The notes under the pieces: model-generated
What the model was told of the DNA's origin: nothing
Database searches by the model: none
What the model saw: the letters and a program-made list of their open reading frames with translations, nothing else
Assembly: GCA_964492775.1 (NCBI GenBank)
Contig: CAZBLH010000003.1
Span: 28,572-92,571, forward strand
Direction of reading: 5' to 3'
Source: an uncultured Eubacteriales bacterium
Lineage (GTDB): Bacteria > Actinomycetota > Coriobacteriia > Anaerosomatales > PHET01
Length of the DNA: 64,000 bases
Made by a program: the position numbers and the translations under genes
In this document: positions 47,962-57,007 of the stretch, piece after piece
How positions within the stretch are numbered: position 1 is the first letter of the stretch
How the letters are laid out: each line of letters begins with the position of its first letter

Positions 47962-49347
47962 CTACGACGCTTCGCGCTTGAAGTATCCGGAAGCCACACG
48001 AGCGAGTAGCCGCACGTCGTCGGGGGTCGGCACGAGGAGCCTGCGCAACGGCACCCCGGTGTCTCTGACCATCGTGTACAGGATGGCAACGAAGTACGTG
48101 GCGTACGAGACTGACGAGGCTACGGCTGCGCCCGCCGCCCCCACTCTCGGCACAAGCACGAAGTTTCCGAGTGCGTTCAGCACCGCGACCGCGACCGATA
48201 CCTTCCAATACACGATGCCACGCGCGACCTGATAGTAGAGGATCAGCGAGGTCAGGCCGTACAGCATCGTCCCGGGCAGGAGCAGGTAGAAGATCCTGAC
48301 GGACGGTGCGAACGTGCTTCCGAAGATGAGCGGGAGCGCGACTGGGACCACGACCACCAGGGCTGCCGCCACGACGACCGTGATCAGTATCGAAAGCCGG
48401 AGGCTACGTGCGCTGAAGTCAAGCGCGCTTTCGTGACTCACCCGCGCCGCTTGAGCCTGAATCGCCTGCCCCACGGCGTTGGGGATGTACCAGGCCAGCT
48501 CGGCGAAGCTCACGCCCACCGAGTAGAAGCCGACTGCAGCGGACCCGGAGAGCCAGCCGAGCAACAGTATGTCCTGCCGCATGTGCGTGAAGTCCGCCAA
48601 CCCGGACAGATGTGCCCTGATCGAGTGGCCCGCGCCCCTTCGCATCGCCCGGAGATCAACCCGGATCCGGCCGATACGCCCACGCCCCCAGTACGTCATG
48701 CTGGCGAGCCCGGCGAGTGATCCCGCAATCGTCGCGATGAGTACGCCGGCAACTGACAGACGCCCCGCCCACGCCAGAATCAGCGACAGCATTAGCGTCA
48801 CTGCGGTGCTGACGATCCCGGTAGCCGCCTGAGGCCCGAGTCCGCGCAACCCCACCACTACGGAACCGAACCAGGCAAGGATCAGCCCCACCGCGAATGT
48901 GGCGACCGCGAGGAGCGCGATGCGCAGTGGCATGTCGGGCACCACGGCAAGCGGCCCGAACAGCAGGAAGATGATGGGCACCGCCGTGATGGCGGTCATA
49001 ACCGATGCAAGCGCAAGGGTGTTGCCCGTCGCCACTCCTGGCGTGATCTCCTTACGCGACAGGTAGTAGAGATTCGACGTGGAGATGCCGAGATTGCCGA
49101 AGACCAGAGCGATCGCGACCGTCTGTTGCACGACCGAGAGCGCTCCTTTGCCGGCTGGGCCGAGGGACCGGGCGATGAGCGCACTCACGACGACGCTCGA
49201 CACGAGCGCGACAGCCTGTGAGATCAGCGCGACGGCAGTCCCCGACCCAAGGCGGATCTCATCCGCCTTTTCGTCTGGGCCGACATGGGGCTCCGAGGAG
49301 GTCGAAGCCGGCGGACGCGGCACATCCGAATCCTGCACCGCCGCCAT
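47962..49347 (-). CDS. Wzx-type (MOP superfamily) oligosaccharide flippase
   Basis: 461 aa, about 12-14 TM helices. It is collinear with the C-terminal part of 28265..30235 (GKGALSVVQQTVAI...STSNLYYLSRKEITPG). Confidence 0.82.
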   Translation of the reverse strand: MAAVQDSDVPRPPASTSSEPHVGPDEKADEIRLGSGTAVALISQAVALVSSVVVSALIARSLGPAGKGALSVVQQTVAIALVFGNLGISTSNLYYLSRKEITPGVATGNTLALASVMTAITAVPIIFLLFGPLAVVPDMPLRIALLAVATFAVGLILAWFGSVVVGLRGLGPQAATGIVSTAVTLMLSLILAWAGRLSVAGVLIATIAGSLAGLASMTYWGRGRIGRIRVDLRAMRRGAGHSIRAHLSGLADFTHMRQDILLLGWLSGSAAVGFYSVGVSFAELAWYIPNAVGQAIQAQAARVSHESALDFSARSLRLSILITVVVAAALVVVVPVALPLIFGSTFAPSVRIFYLLLPGTMLYGLTSLILYYQVARGIVYWKVSVAVAVLNALGNFVLVPRVGAAGAAVASSVSYATYFVAILYTMVRDTGVPLRRLLVPTPDDVRLLARVASGYFKREAS

Positions 49348-50246
49348 CAGACCATGCCTTCGGCTGTGCCGTCGTCAGAAGCGGGGGGTGTCGAGGAAGG
49401 GCCGGCATTGACCCATTCCTCAAGCGACCGCGAAGACCTCCCCCAGGGGACGAACGACAGCCTGCCTGAGTCACAATGTGCGCACCAAGGCACCGGTCGA
49501 AGCAGGAAGTCCATGATCTTCCAGCCGTCAGACGCAGACATGATGTCGCTCGAGCTCTGACCCTCATCACGCAGTCCCTGGAGGCCGAAGCGTTCCTCCA
49601 GCACATCGGAGAACGCGACGTACGCACATGGGTACAGCCGACCGTTTCTGACGATGGGACAGTTGTTGTAGCCCTGGCAGTGCCAGAAGGACTCAACCGG
49701 GTCGTGGCGTAGATCGAGATCGACCGGCAAGCGGAAGAACTCCTCCCGGAACACGGTCCACTCGACTACCGCTCCGTGCTTCCTGCCAAGCTCGTTGATC
49801 TCATCGACCGGCAGGCCGATCGGATAGTTGTCGCACAGCAGGACGATTCCCGTCTCGGCGAGGGCTCGCCACGCGAGCTCGCTCATGCGAGTGACCAGGA
49901 CGCCATTGGTCATGAGATACATCTTGAGATCGGGGAACGCGTCCTTGGGAAACGCCTTCCTTGCTGAGTACAGGAATCTCGGGAGATCAGGATGCAGGAG
50001 CGGCTCCCCTCCCAGCAGGTAGATCTGGTCAACCGCTCGGAACAACCGGGCCACGGCCCGCATCTCTGATTCGAACACGTCAGGGTCGGCGAACCACGGC
50101 CGGGCGATATTGCTGAAGTGGGCACAACCCCTGCAGTTGAGGTTGCAGTGATCGGTGATGTGGATCTCGAAGTGATGCAGGCGCGGTTTGCGTCTCAGGA
50201 TGTAGCGATCCACCCAGCGTCGAACGCGCGACTCCGTGGAGCTCAT
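49347..50246 (-). CDS. Radical SAM enzyme with C-terminal Cys-rich (SPASM/twitch-like) region
   Basis: CNLNCRGC is a CX3CX2C cluster motif, and GGEPLL is present. C-terminal cysteines are CQGYNNCP...YPC and CAHC. I prefer ATG 50246 (33 aa before the cluster) because it leaves a divergent promoter gap. The ORF is open to 50474. TGATG junction with the flippase gene. Confidence 0.75.
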   Translation of the reverse strand: MSSTESRVRRWVDRYILRRKPRLHHFEIHITDHCNLNCRGCAHFSNIARPWFADPDVFESEMRAVARLFRAVDQIYLLGGEPLLHPDLPRFLYSARKAFPKDAFPDLKMYLMTNGVLVTRMSELAWRALAETGIVLLCDNYPIGLPVDEINELGRKHGAVVEWTVFREEFFRLPVDLDLRHDPVESFWHCQGYNNCPIVRNGRLYPCAYVAFSDVLEERFGLQGLRDEGQSSSDIMSASDGWKIMDFLLRPVPWCAHCDSGRLSFVPWGRSSRSLEEWVNAGPSSTPPASDDGTAEGMV

Positions 50247-50397
50247 CACGGACTTCGGGAACGCGCGGATGTAGGCGCGACGGGCAACCGCGAACCAACG
50301 CTCGGGCACTGCCTTCCTGATCAGACCCTGAACTCGAACAAGCACGTCCGCGATCCGCTCCCGAGACTCAACGAACCGCAGGCTGCGGCCCTTCAGC

Positions 50398-51750
50398 ATG
50401 CTAGACTTCAAGGCCATGGACAGCAACGCTCGGACCACACCCGCGCGGTTGACCGACATTCTGCAGGTCAACACCTCCGATCTCAGCGGAGGCGCCGAGA
50501 AGGTATCGCTCGGCTTGCACCGCTACTACCTCCAGCGAGGCCTTCGCTCGACCCTCGCCGTGGGCTGGAAGCGCACGCTCGAGCCCGGTGTCGTGGAGAT
50601 TCCGCAGCTACCGTTCCGCAGTGCCTGGGCACGAATGTTCGGCGAGAATCGCCGAGCTGGCCTGCTGGGAACGGCAGGCCGCGCGGCCGCAGAACCACTG
50701 CGCTACCTTTCGCGGCTGGCGGGACACGAGGATTTCGGCTTTCCCGGGACGCTGCATGTCGATGAGCTCGCTCCCCGGGCTCCTCAAGTACTGCATCTGC
50801 ACAACCTGCACGGTGGCTACTTCGACATCCGGGCCTTGCCAGAACTCACAGCACGCTACCCAACCATCTACTCGCCCCACGACCCCTGGGCGCTCAGCGG
50901 GCACTGCGCGCATCCGATGGATTGCCCGAGATGGCGCACGGGATGCGATACCTGCCCGGACCTGCAGCGCTATGTTCCCATCGCGCGCGACTCGAGTGGA
51001 GCGAACTGGGCCACCAAGCGCGAGGCGTTGGAACGCAGCCGCTTCTACCTGGCATCACCGTCCAGGTGGATGCTGGACATGTTCCTCGATGCCAGGCTGG
51101 AGTCCTCCATCATCGATGCTCGGGTGATCCGCAACGGCATCGACTCGGCGGTCTTCTCGCCCGGCGACAGGGGTTCGGAGCGAAGGACGCTCGGCATCGC
51201 GGAGGACGCGACGGTCATCGTCACCTCGGCCCGAGCCGGCGTCGCCGGCGACTTCAAAGGCGCCGACATCCTCGAGGACGCATTCGAGATCGCCTCCCAA
51301 AGCGGCATCGATCGTCAGGGCATCATCGTGCTTACCCTGGGCGACACGGCGCCACCGAGAAGGGTCGGCTGCTTCCGCATCGAGTCGGTGCCGTACACGG
51401 CCGACCCGACTCGCGTGGCCAGCTACCTGCGTTCGGCCGACCTTTACGTCCACCCCTCAAGAGCCGAGAACTACTCGCTCTCGATCCTCGAGGCGCTCGC
51501 GTGTGGCACGCCGGTGGTGGCAAGCGACACTGGCGGCACCCCCGAGGTCGTAGAGGATCGCAGGGCTGCCCTGCTGTTCCCGAGTGAGGACAGCGCCGCG
51601 CTCGCCCAGGTGCTCGTCTGGCTTCTGCAGGCGGATCACCGGCTCGACGATCTTGCCGAGAAGGCTCGTGATGACGCCGCCCGCTGCTACACTCTCGAAC
51701 AGCAGGCAGAAGCGTATCTGGACTGGTACGGCCAGATAATCGGCGCGTGA
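50398..51750 (+). CDS. Glycosyltransferase family 4
   Basis: 450 aa (alternative ATG at 50416). HLHNLHGGYF, C..W..GC..CP, and PSRAENYSLSILEALACGTPVVASD (E-x7-E). Confidence 0.85.
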   Translation: MLDFKAMDSNARTTPARLTDILQVNTSDLSGGAEKVSLGLHRYYLQRGLRSTLAVGWKRTLEPGVVEIPQLPFRSAWARMFGENRRAGLLGTAGRAAAEPLRYLSRLAGHEDFGFPGTLHVDELAPRAPQVLHLHNLHGGYFDIRALPELTARYPTIYSPHDPWALSGHCAHPMDCPRWRTGCDTCPDLQRYVPIARDSSGANWATKREALERSRFYLASPSRWMLDMFLDARLESSIIDARVIRNGIDSAVFSPGDRGSERRTLGIAEDATVIVTSARAGVAGDFKGADILEDAFEIASQSGIDRQGIIVLTLGDTAPPRRVGCFRIESVPYTADPTRVASYLRSADLYVHPSRAENYSLSILEALACGTPVVASDTGGTPEVVEDRRAALLFPSEDSAALAQVLVWLLQADHRLDDLAEKARDDAARCYTLEQQAEAYLDWYGQIIGA

Positions 51751-51811
51751 CTCCGCTGCGCGCATATCGGCACGTGTCTGCCGCGCGGACGCGAAGGAGG
51801 ACAGGGCGGTC

Positions 51812-52573
51812 TTGAGGCAGGGTCGCTTCGGGATACTGATGGGCCTCGGCCCGCGGGGACTGCTTCGGGCCCTCAGGCGCAGGCTGCTCAATCCACGCTC
51901 CGGTGAGGTCGACTTCGGTGACCTGCGCTCGCTGGAGCCGGTGAGCCGGCTGTTCGGCATGGACCGAGGCACACCCATCGACCGCCACTACATCGCCGTG
52001 TTCATCGAGTCCAACAAGGACGCTGTCCGGGGCCGATGTCTCGAAGTCGCAGACCGCGCATACACGATCGAGTACGGTGGCGACTCCGTCACTCAGAGCG
52101 ATGTCCTGTACGCGGAAGGCTTCGACGACGCTCATTCTGAGCAGGCCACGGTCGTGGGAGACCTGACCGACCTGGCCTGCGTCGGCGACGGGACCTACGA
52201 CTGTGTGATCGTCACCCAGACTCTCCAGTTCATCTACGACTTCCGACAGGCGGTTCGGGAAATCGAGCGCGTCCTGAAGCCGGGCGGAACCTGCCTCTGC
52301 ACGATCTCGGCGATCAGCCAGATCAGCCGCTACGACATGGATCGTTGGGGCGAGTACTGGCGAATGACGTCGCTGGCTGCCGATCGTGTCTTCTCTGATG
52401 CCTTCGCTGGAGGCACAGTCGACGTCCGCTCCTTCGGCAACGCCCTGAGCGCCGTCGCGGGGTTGCAAGGTCTCTCGGCCGAGGAGCTGTCCGCAAGAGA
52501 GCTCGAATACCACGATCCCGACTACGAGATGCTCGTGTGCATCCGCGCGACCAAGGGTTCCCCACTGTGCTGA
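51812..52573 (+). CDS. Class I SAM-dependent methyltransferase
   Basis: 253 aa. CLEVAD...YDCVIVTQTLQFIYD...LKPGGT is typical of Methyltransf_11/23-type enzymes in glycan loci. Confidence 0.78.
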   Translation: MRQGRFGILMGLGPRGLLRALRRRLLNPRSGEVDFGDLRSLEPVSRLFGMDRGTPIDRHYIAVFIESNKDAVRGRCLEVADRAYTIEYGGDSVTQSDVLYAEGFDDAHSEQATVVGDLTDLACVGDGTYDCVIVTQTLQFIYDFRQAVREIERVLKPGGTCLCTISAISQISRYDMDRWGEYWRMTSLAADRVFSDAFAGGTVDVRSFGNALSAVAGLQGLSAEELSARELEYHDPDYEMLVCIRATKGSPLC

Positions 52574-53604
52574 GCCCAACCGCCCTCCGCGTATTGTCAC
52601 GCACGCGCAGACGCGTGCTCGGCCTGCTCGGCGGATCTGCGGTAGTGCTGATCTACCACCGGGTGGCCACCCTTGAGCGGGACCCACAGGGGCTCTCCGT
52701 CCCGCCCGCCGTCTTTCGGGAACAGATCGCGACGATCACGGAGCGGTACCCGGTCGTACCTCTGGGACACCTGGTGCGGCTGCTGGCGAGAGGTCAGCGC
52801 ATGCCCCGACGGTGCGTCTACATAACCTTCGACGACGGCTACGCCGACAACCTCATTCACGCGAAGCCTGTGCTCGAAGCTGCGGGGGCATCGGCCACGT
52901 TCTTCGTGACGACCGACCGCTTGAGCGATCCCGCGGAGCAGTGGTGGGACGAGCTCGATCGGCTGCTTCTGTCCCCTTGCAGCCTTCCCGAGAAGCTCAT
53001 TCTTCCCATCGGAGACGCGCTCGACTGCTCATCCTGCCGAGATTGGGACGCCAGCCCGGCGCGCGCCTCGGCAGGATGGACGGTGCGCGATAGCACCCGT
53101 ACGCCGAGACAAGCGCTGTACGCCGAGCTCTGCGACCGGGTGAGCCAGCAAACCCCGGCCGAGCGAAGCAGAACGCTCGAGTGCCTACGCGAGCAGATCG
53201 GCGCGACCGATGGCCCTCGAGCCGAGAACCGGCACCTCACCGCAGGCGAGATCGGCGAACTCGACACCGGCGTGACCTCTGTCGGTGTCCACACCGCGTC
53301 GCACCCGAGGTTGGCGACACTCAGCGCTTCCCAGCAGCTCGGACAGATCGCTGACAGCAAGCGGCTGCTCGAAGAGATCTGCGGAAGGACGATGGATCTG
53401 TTCTCGTACCCGTACGGCGACCCTGATTCGTACACGCCTGAGACGGTGCAGATGGTGAGACGTCTCGGTTTCGCCGGCGCGGTGGCGACCCATCATGGCA
53501 TCACCCACCGCCTCACTGACCCCTATCTCATTCCGCGGTACCCGGCTGCGGGGCTGAGCGCCCCGGAGCTGGCGGACTCGCTCGCCACGTGGTTCGGCGC
53601 GTAG
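52567..53604 (+). CDS. Polysaccharide deacetylase (NodB/CE4 family)
   Basis: GTG 52567 overlaps the upstream stop. ITFDDGYADN, HTASHPRL and FSYPYG are CE4 motifs. Confidence 0.82.
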   Translation: MLSPTALRVLSRTRRRVLGLLGGSAVVLIYHRVATLERDPQGLSVPPAVFREQIATITERYPVVPLGHLVRLLARGQRMPRRCVYITFDDGYADNLIHAKPVLEAAGASATFFVTTDRLSDPAEQWWDELDRLLLSPCSLPEKLILPIGDALDCSSCRDWDASPARASAGWTVRDSTRTPRQALYAELCDRVSQQTPAERSRTLECLREQIGATDGPRAENRHLTAGEIGELDTGVTSVGVHTASHPRLATLSASQQLGQIADSKRLLEEICGRTMDLFSYPYGDPDSYTPETVQMVRRLGFAGAVATHHGITHRLTDPYLIPRYPAAGLSAPELADSLATWFGA

Positions 53605-53610
53605 GCCCGC

Positions 53611-54417
53611 CTAAGTCCGATTGCGGTGAACGACGCCGTAAGCCCAGATGTTCAGGCGATGCCGCAGATAGCGTAACCGCTCCCAAACCGGGTTCGCCCC
53701 GTACGCTACCCTGATGCGCTCCCTCTCCCGGTTCGCGGCCGCGGTGTCGGTATTGCACACCCCGCCGAGCCGGAACTGCGCTATGACAGCCGCCACCCGG
53801 ATCGCGCGCACACCCGCCGAAAGAGCGCGCAGCACGAAATCGTAGTCGGCGAGGATCCGGTACCGCAGGTCGTAGCCGCCAAGCTCACGGTACACGCTCG
53901 CCCGGACAAGAAGCGACTGGTGGCACATGGGCAACCAGTCCGGACGGCCGCCAGGCTCCACCTCGGCAGCTCGGTCGATGCGGAGGGGCTCCCCCTCCTC
54001 CGAGATGATCTCGACATCCCCGTAGACCAGGCCCGCGTCCGGATGCGTGGTCGCCGCCTCGACGATGAGCTCGATCGCTCGGGGCATGTACCGGTCGTCG
54101 CTGTTGAGCAGCCCGATCAGCTCGCCGGAGCACAGCGCGATGCCCTTGTTCATGGCGTCGTAGATGCCCGTGTCGGGCTCGGAGATCCAACGCAGACGAC
54201 CGGCAAATCGTGGCTCGAAGGAGCGGATGACGTCCAGCGTACCGTCGGTCGAGCCACCGTCGACGATGATGTACTCGATCTCGGGATAGGTCTGGCCGAG
54301 CACCGATTCCATGGCCTCAGCCAGATACCGATCGGAGTTGAAGCAGACGGTCACCACCGAAACAAGCGGCTTCTTGACGGTGTGCTCAGTTCCGTTGTCA
54401 CGTGTCGAGCTTCTCAT
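53611..54417 (-). CDS. Glycosyltransferase family 2
   Basis: ATG 54417 (MRSSTRDNG..). VSVVTVCFNSDRYL...IIVDGGSTDGT...SDD. The track ORF extends to 54495. Confidence 0.85.
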   Translation of the reverse strand: MRSSTRDNGTEHTVKKPLVSVVTVCFNSDRYLAEAMESVLGQTYPEIEYIIVDGGSTDGTLDVIRSFEPRFAGRLRWISEPDTGIYDAMNKGIALCSGELIGLLNSDDRYMPRAIELIVEAATTHPDAGLVYGDVEIISEEGEPLRIDRAAEVEPGGRPDWLPMCHQSLLVRASVYRELGGYDLRYRILADYDFVLRALSAGVRAIRVAAVIAQFRLGGVCNTDTAAANRERERIRVAYGANPVWERLRYLRHRLNIWAYGVVHRNRT

Positions 54418-54528
54418 AGCACCTGGCAGGTCGCCTGTCTTCGCGAGCATCAACCATGATTCTACTCGCGCGCGCGCCCGTTGCCGAACTATCAACCCAG
54501 ACAGCCCATTCTAAGGGACCGAATGCGT

Positions 54529-54559
54529 CGGAGGCCGGCCCCGACGGAACCGGCCTCCG
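54529..54559 (-). terminator. Perfect 10-bp GC hairpin after cytochrome paralog 3
   Basis: CGGAGGCCGG-N11-CCGGCCTCCG lies about 30 nt after the stop at 54590. There is no U-tract. Confidence 0.5.
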
Positions 54560-54589
54560 ATGCGCTATTCGAACTTGGTCCGATCGAGA

Positions 54590-55885
54590 CTAGTAGTTCG
54601 CAAAGGATCTGTCGTCGTCATGGGTGGTGTCCCACAGCGGCCAGTATCCGAACCCGTGGCACTTGAGGCACACACCGTCATTGATGTTGCCGGCGTGACC
54701 ATCGTGGAAGCCAGCGGCGTCCTCGATCACTGTTCGGGTGTTGATGCGGTTGGGCGCGAGGCCTCCAACCGCCGTCCCATGAGTGATTCCGAGCCCGGTC
54801 TGCCCGTTCCACATCTCGGTCGGCGTGGGCTTGCCAGCAGCGTCACGGTACGTCACGTCACCGCCGTACATCCAGAGGTTGCCGGACTCGACATCTTTCT
54901 CGGTCTGCACGAGCGTACCGGCCGGGCGTGTCCACTCCCAGACGGTAATGCCGCGGTTGGCATGCGGAAACGCACTCGAGTTGGTTGCCTTACCCACCAT
55001 GTCGTGGCATGACGCGCACTTGCTGTCGCTGGTGTCACCGATTGCCTGGTGGCACCCTCCTGTGCTGCAGTGAGTCGAAGAGCCCGACGTACTGTGACCA
55101 GTCATGACCTGGTCCAGGCTGGTGGATTGAGCGGGGTCAGATGCGCGAAGCTCACCGTAGCCGTCGGCATTGACCGCGAACTGCGAGGAGCTGTGGCACC
55201 CAGAAGCGCCGCAGGTGTAACCAGTGACCATCGCTCGGTTAGAGGCCTTCTGCGACGCGGTCAGCAGACTGAAGTCGCCCCCGAGTGTCGTGGCATCGAC
55301 GATCGCGGGCCTGACGTTGCCTGCGGCAACCGCGGCTGAGATCGCAGCGTCATTGCCGGACGTCAGGTTGAACGCGGAAACAGCCCCGTACCCGGAGCTC
55401 ACTCCGCCGTGGACACCCGCATGGCAGGCGCCCAGACAGTTGAAGCTCCTGTGCGGGCCGCCTTCCGTGTAAGTCGAGGGCCACTCGACCAAAGCCGTCG
55501 AAACGGGATTGGCTCCATTCGGCGTGTGGCAGGCGACGCACGCCTGAGCGCCCGGCGTGAGCTTCCAGTAACTGCCGACACCGGCTGTGGTCCGATCTGA
55601 TTGTGCGCGGTGTGCGGAGTGGCAGACGGCGCACTTGGTAGTGTTGACCGCATAGCCGCCATGGGCCGTGCTCCCATTCGTGCTCGTACCGCCGTTGTAG
55701 TTGGCCGAGATCGCATTGGCGCCCTGCCATGACAAGTAGCCTGGCGCAGTATTCGTCTGAGTTGTTTCGGCACTCACGCGCACTGGGTTGTTGTACGCAT
55801 AACCCGCGTATTTGGCCGACGCCACCCCGCTGAATGCAAGCACGAGGGCGATGGCGATGGCCATTGTGAACAGGATCTTTTTCAT
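54590..55885 (-). CDS. Secreted multiheme cytochrome c, 7 heme motifs (paralog 3)
   Basis: 431 aa. Signal peptide MKKILFTMAIAIALVLAFSGVASA|KYAGYAYNNPV, with GGAGGAGG before the ATG. Motifs are CAVCH, CVACH, CLGACH, CGASGCH, CSTGGCH, CASCH and CLKCH. It is collinear with paralogs 1 and 2. Confidence 0.88.
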   Translation of the reverse strand: MKKILFTMAIAIALVLAFSGVASAKYAGYAYNNPVRVSAETTQTNTAPGYLSWQGANAISANYNGGTSTNGSTAHGGYAVNTTKCAVCHSAHRAQSDRTTAGVGSYWKLTPGAQACVACHTPNGANPVSTALVEWPSTYTEGGPHRSFNCLGACHAGVHGGVSSGYGAVSAFNLTSGNDAAISAAVAAGNVRPAIVDATTLGGDFSLLTASQKASNRAMVTGYTCGASGCHSSSQFAVNADGYGELRASDPAQSTSLDQVMTGHSTSGSSTHCSTGGCHQAIGDTSDSKCASCHDMVGKATNSSAFPHANRGITVWEWTRPAGTLVQTEKDVESGNLWMYGGDVTYRDAAGKPTPTEMWNGQTGLGITHGTAVGGLAPNRINTRTVIEDAAGFHDGHAGNINDGVCLKCHGFGYWPLWDTTHDDDRSFANY

Positions 55886-55948
55886 ACCTCCTCCAAATGC
55901 CGGAAGGTGTTCAGCCGTGAGACTCCCGTCTCACATTCGCCGATATCG

Positions 55949-56902
55949 CTACTTGTGGCATACCCAGCAGTTCTCCTTGCCGACCACAGTCGTGGCACCG
56001 GTGCCGCCATTGTGGCATCCCGCAGTGGCACAATCCGCCCTAGCTGTGGAGAGTGCCGGCGTTGCATAGCCTTCCGTGCCGTTGAACTGCTTGTCGAGGA
56101 CCTTGATCAGTATGTAGGCGAGGTCCGCGCACAGGCGCGCGCATCCGTCTGATCGGGTGTAACCAGGAATGTCCTTGACGGCCTTCGTGAACTTCTCCAG
56201 CGAGTTGTGGCACTGGAGGCTCCCCAGTTTGCTCGGGGGTACCACCACATTCGGCTTCGGCATGTTGGCAGCCACGCGCTCCCGCAGCCACTCCGAGTTG
56301 CCGACCTCGGGCATGGGGTGGGGAATCTGACCGTACGCCGAAAAGACATCGTCAATCTGGGCGCGCTTGTTGACCATCTGGCAGACACCAGCGACCGCAA
56401 GCGCGACGCCACATGTCTGACCCCAAGAATTCATGCCCGCAGCGCCGTAGGAAACGGGCGTGACGCCCACGGCTACGTAGTTGCGATCGGCGCCATTCTG
56501 CGTAAACGGCCCGTACTCGCCACCGATGTAGTCCCACTTGTAGAACTTGGTATCGTCCTGGGCGTGCAGTGCTTCTTGTAGGACCGAAACTGGTCCCATC
56601 CAAGTACCGCAGCCTCAACCGCCGCCGGCCTTGTACCGCTCGTAGGAGCGTGTCGCAGCCTCGCGAGCAGCCTCCTCCAAAGAGCCGAACGCAGCGACCC
56701 AGCCAGCAGTCGTCGGCCACTCGCAGGCACCGTCCACCTGCGACGGCACAAGTGCAGCATCTGCCCCGGGAGCGCCGAATACCACGCTGGATCCGTGGGC
56801 CAGCTGCCCCACGGTGTAGCCGGCCGCGATGCTGCCGACGCCCAGCAACCACTGCCTTCTGGAAAGGCCTCGCTCATCAACCTCGGACTTGCTCATTGAC
56901 AT
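55949..56902 (-). CDS. TAT-signal C_GCAxxG_C_C / split-Soret-cytochrome-like redox heme protein, single reading frame interrupted by one in-frame TGA (56617..56615): selenocysteine candidate or pseudogene
   Basis: Track ORFs 56615..56902 and 55949..56599 are in the same frame (303 nt apart), separated only by TGA plus 5 sense codons. The upstream part carries a twin-arginine signal (SRRQWLLGVGSIAAG). The downstream part has the family block GMNSWGQTCGVALAVAGVC and the C-terminal heme motifs CATAGCH and CWVCH. Confidence 0.6.
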
Positions 56903-57007
56903 ACCTCCTTCTTGTGTCTCAGTTAATAACAGCGCGAGGCGTCGTCACCTCCCTCTCCTCCGCTCTCCCCGTTCTTGCTTGAGCTCTGTTTCGGTCCATC
57001 CCGAACA

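Noticed and set aside
38386-55885. Three N-x-S/T sequons conserved in all three cytochrome paralogs (AVNTTKC, NLT, ATNSSAFPH), as possible evidence for N-linked glycosylation
   Set aside because: No PglB/AglB/STT3-type oligosaccharyltransferase is present in the window, and the bacterial D/E-x-N-x-S/T context is not met. The sequons may simply be structural. The Wzy_C-based O-linked hypothesis is kept instead.
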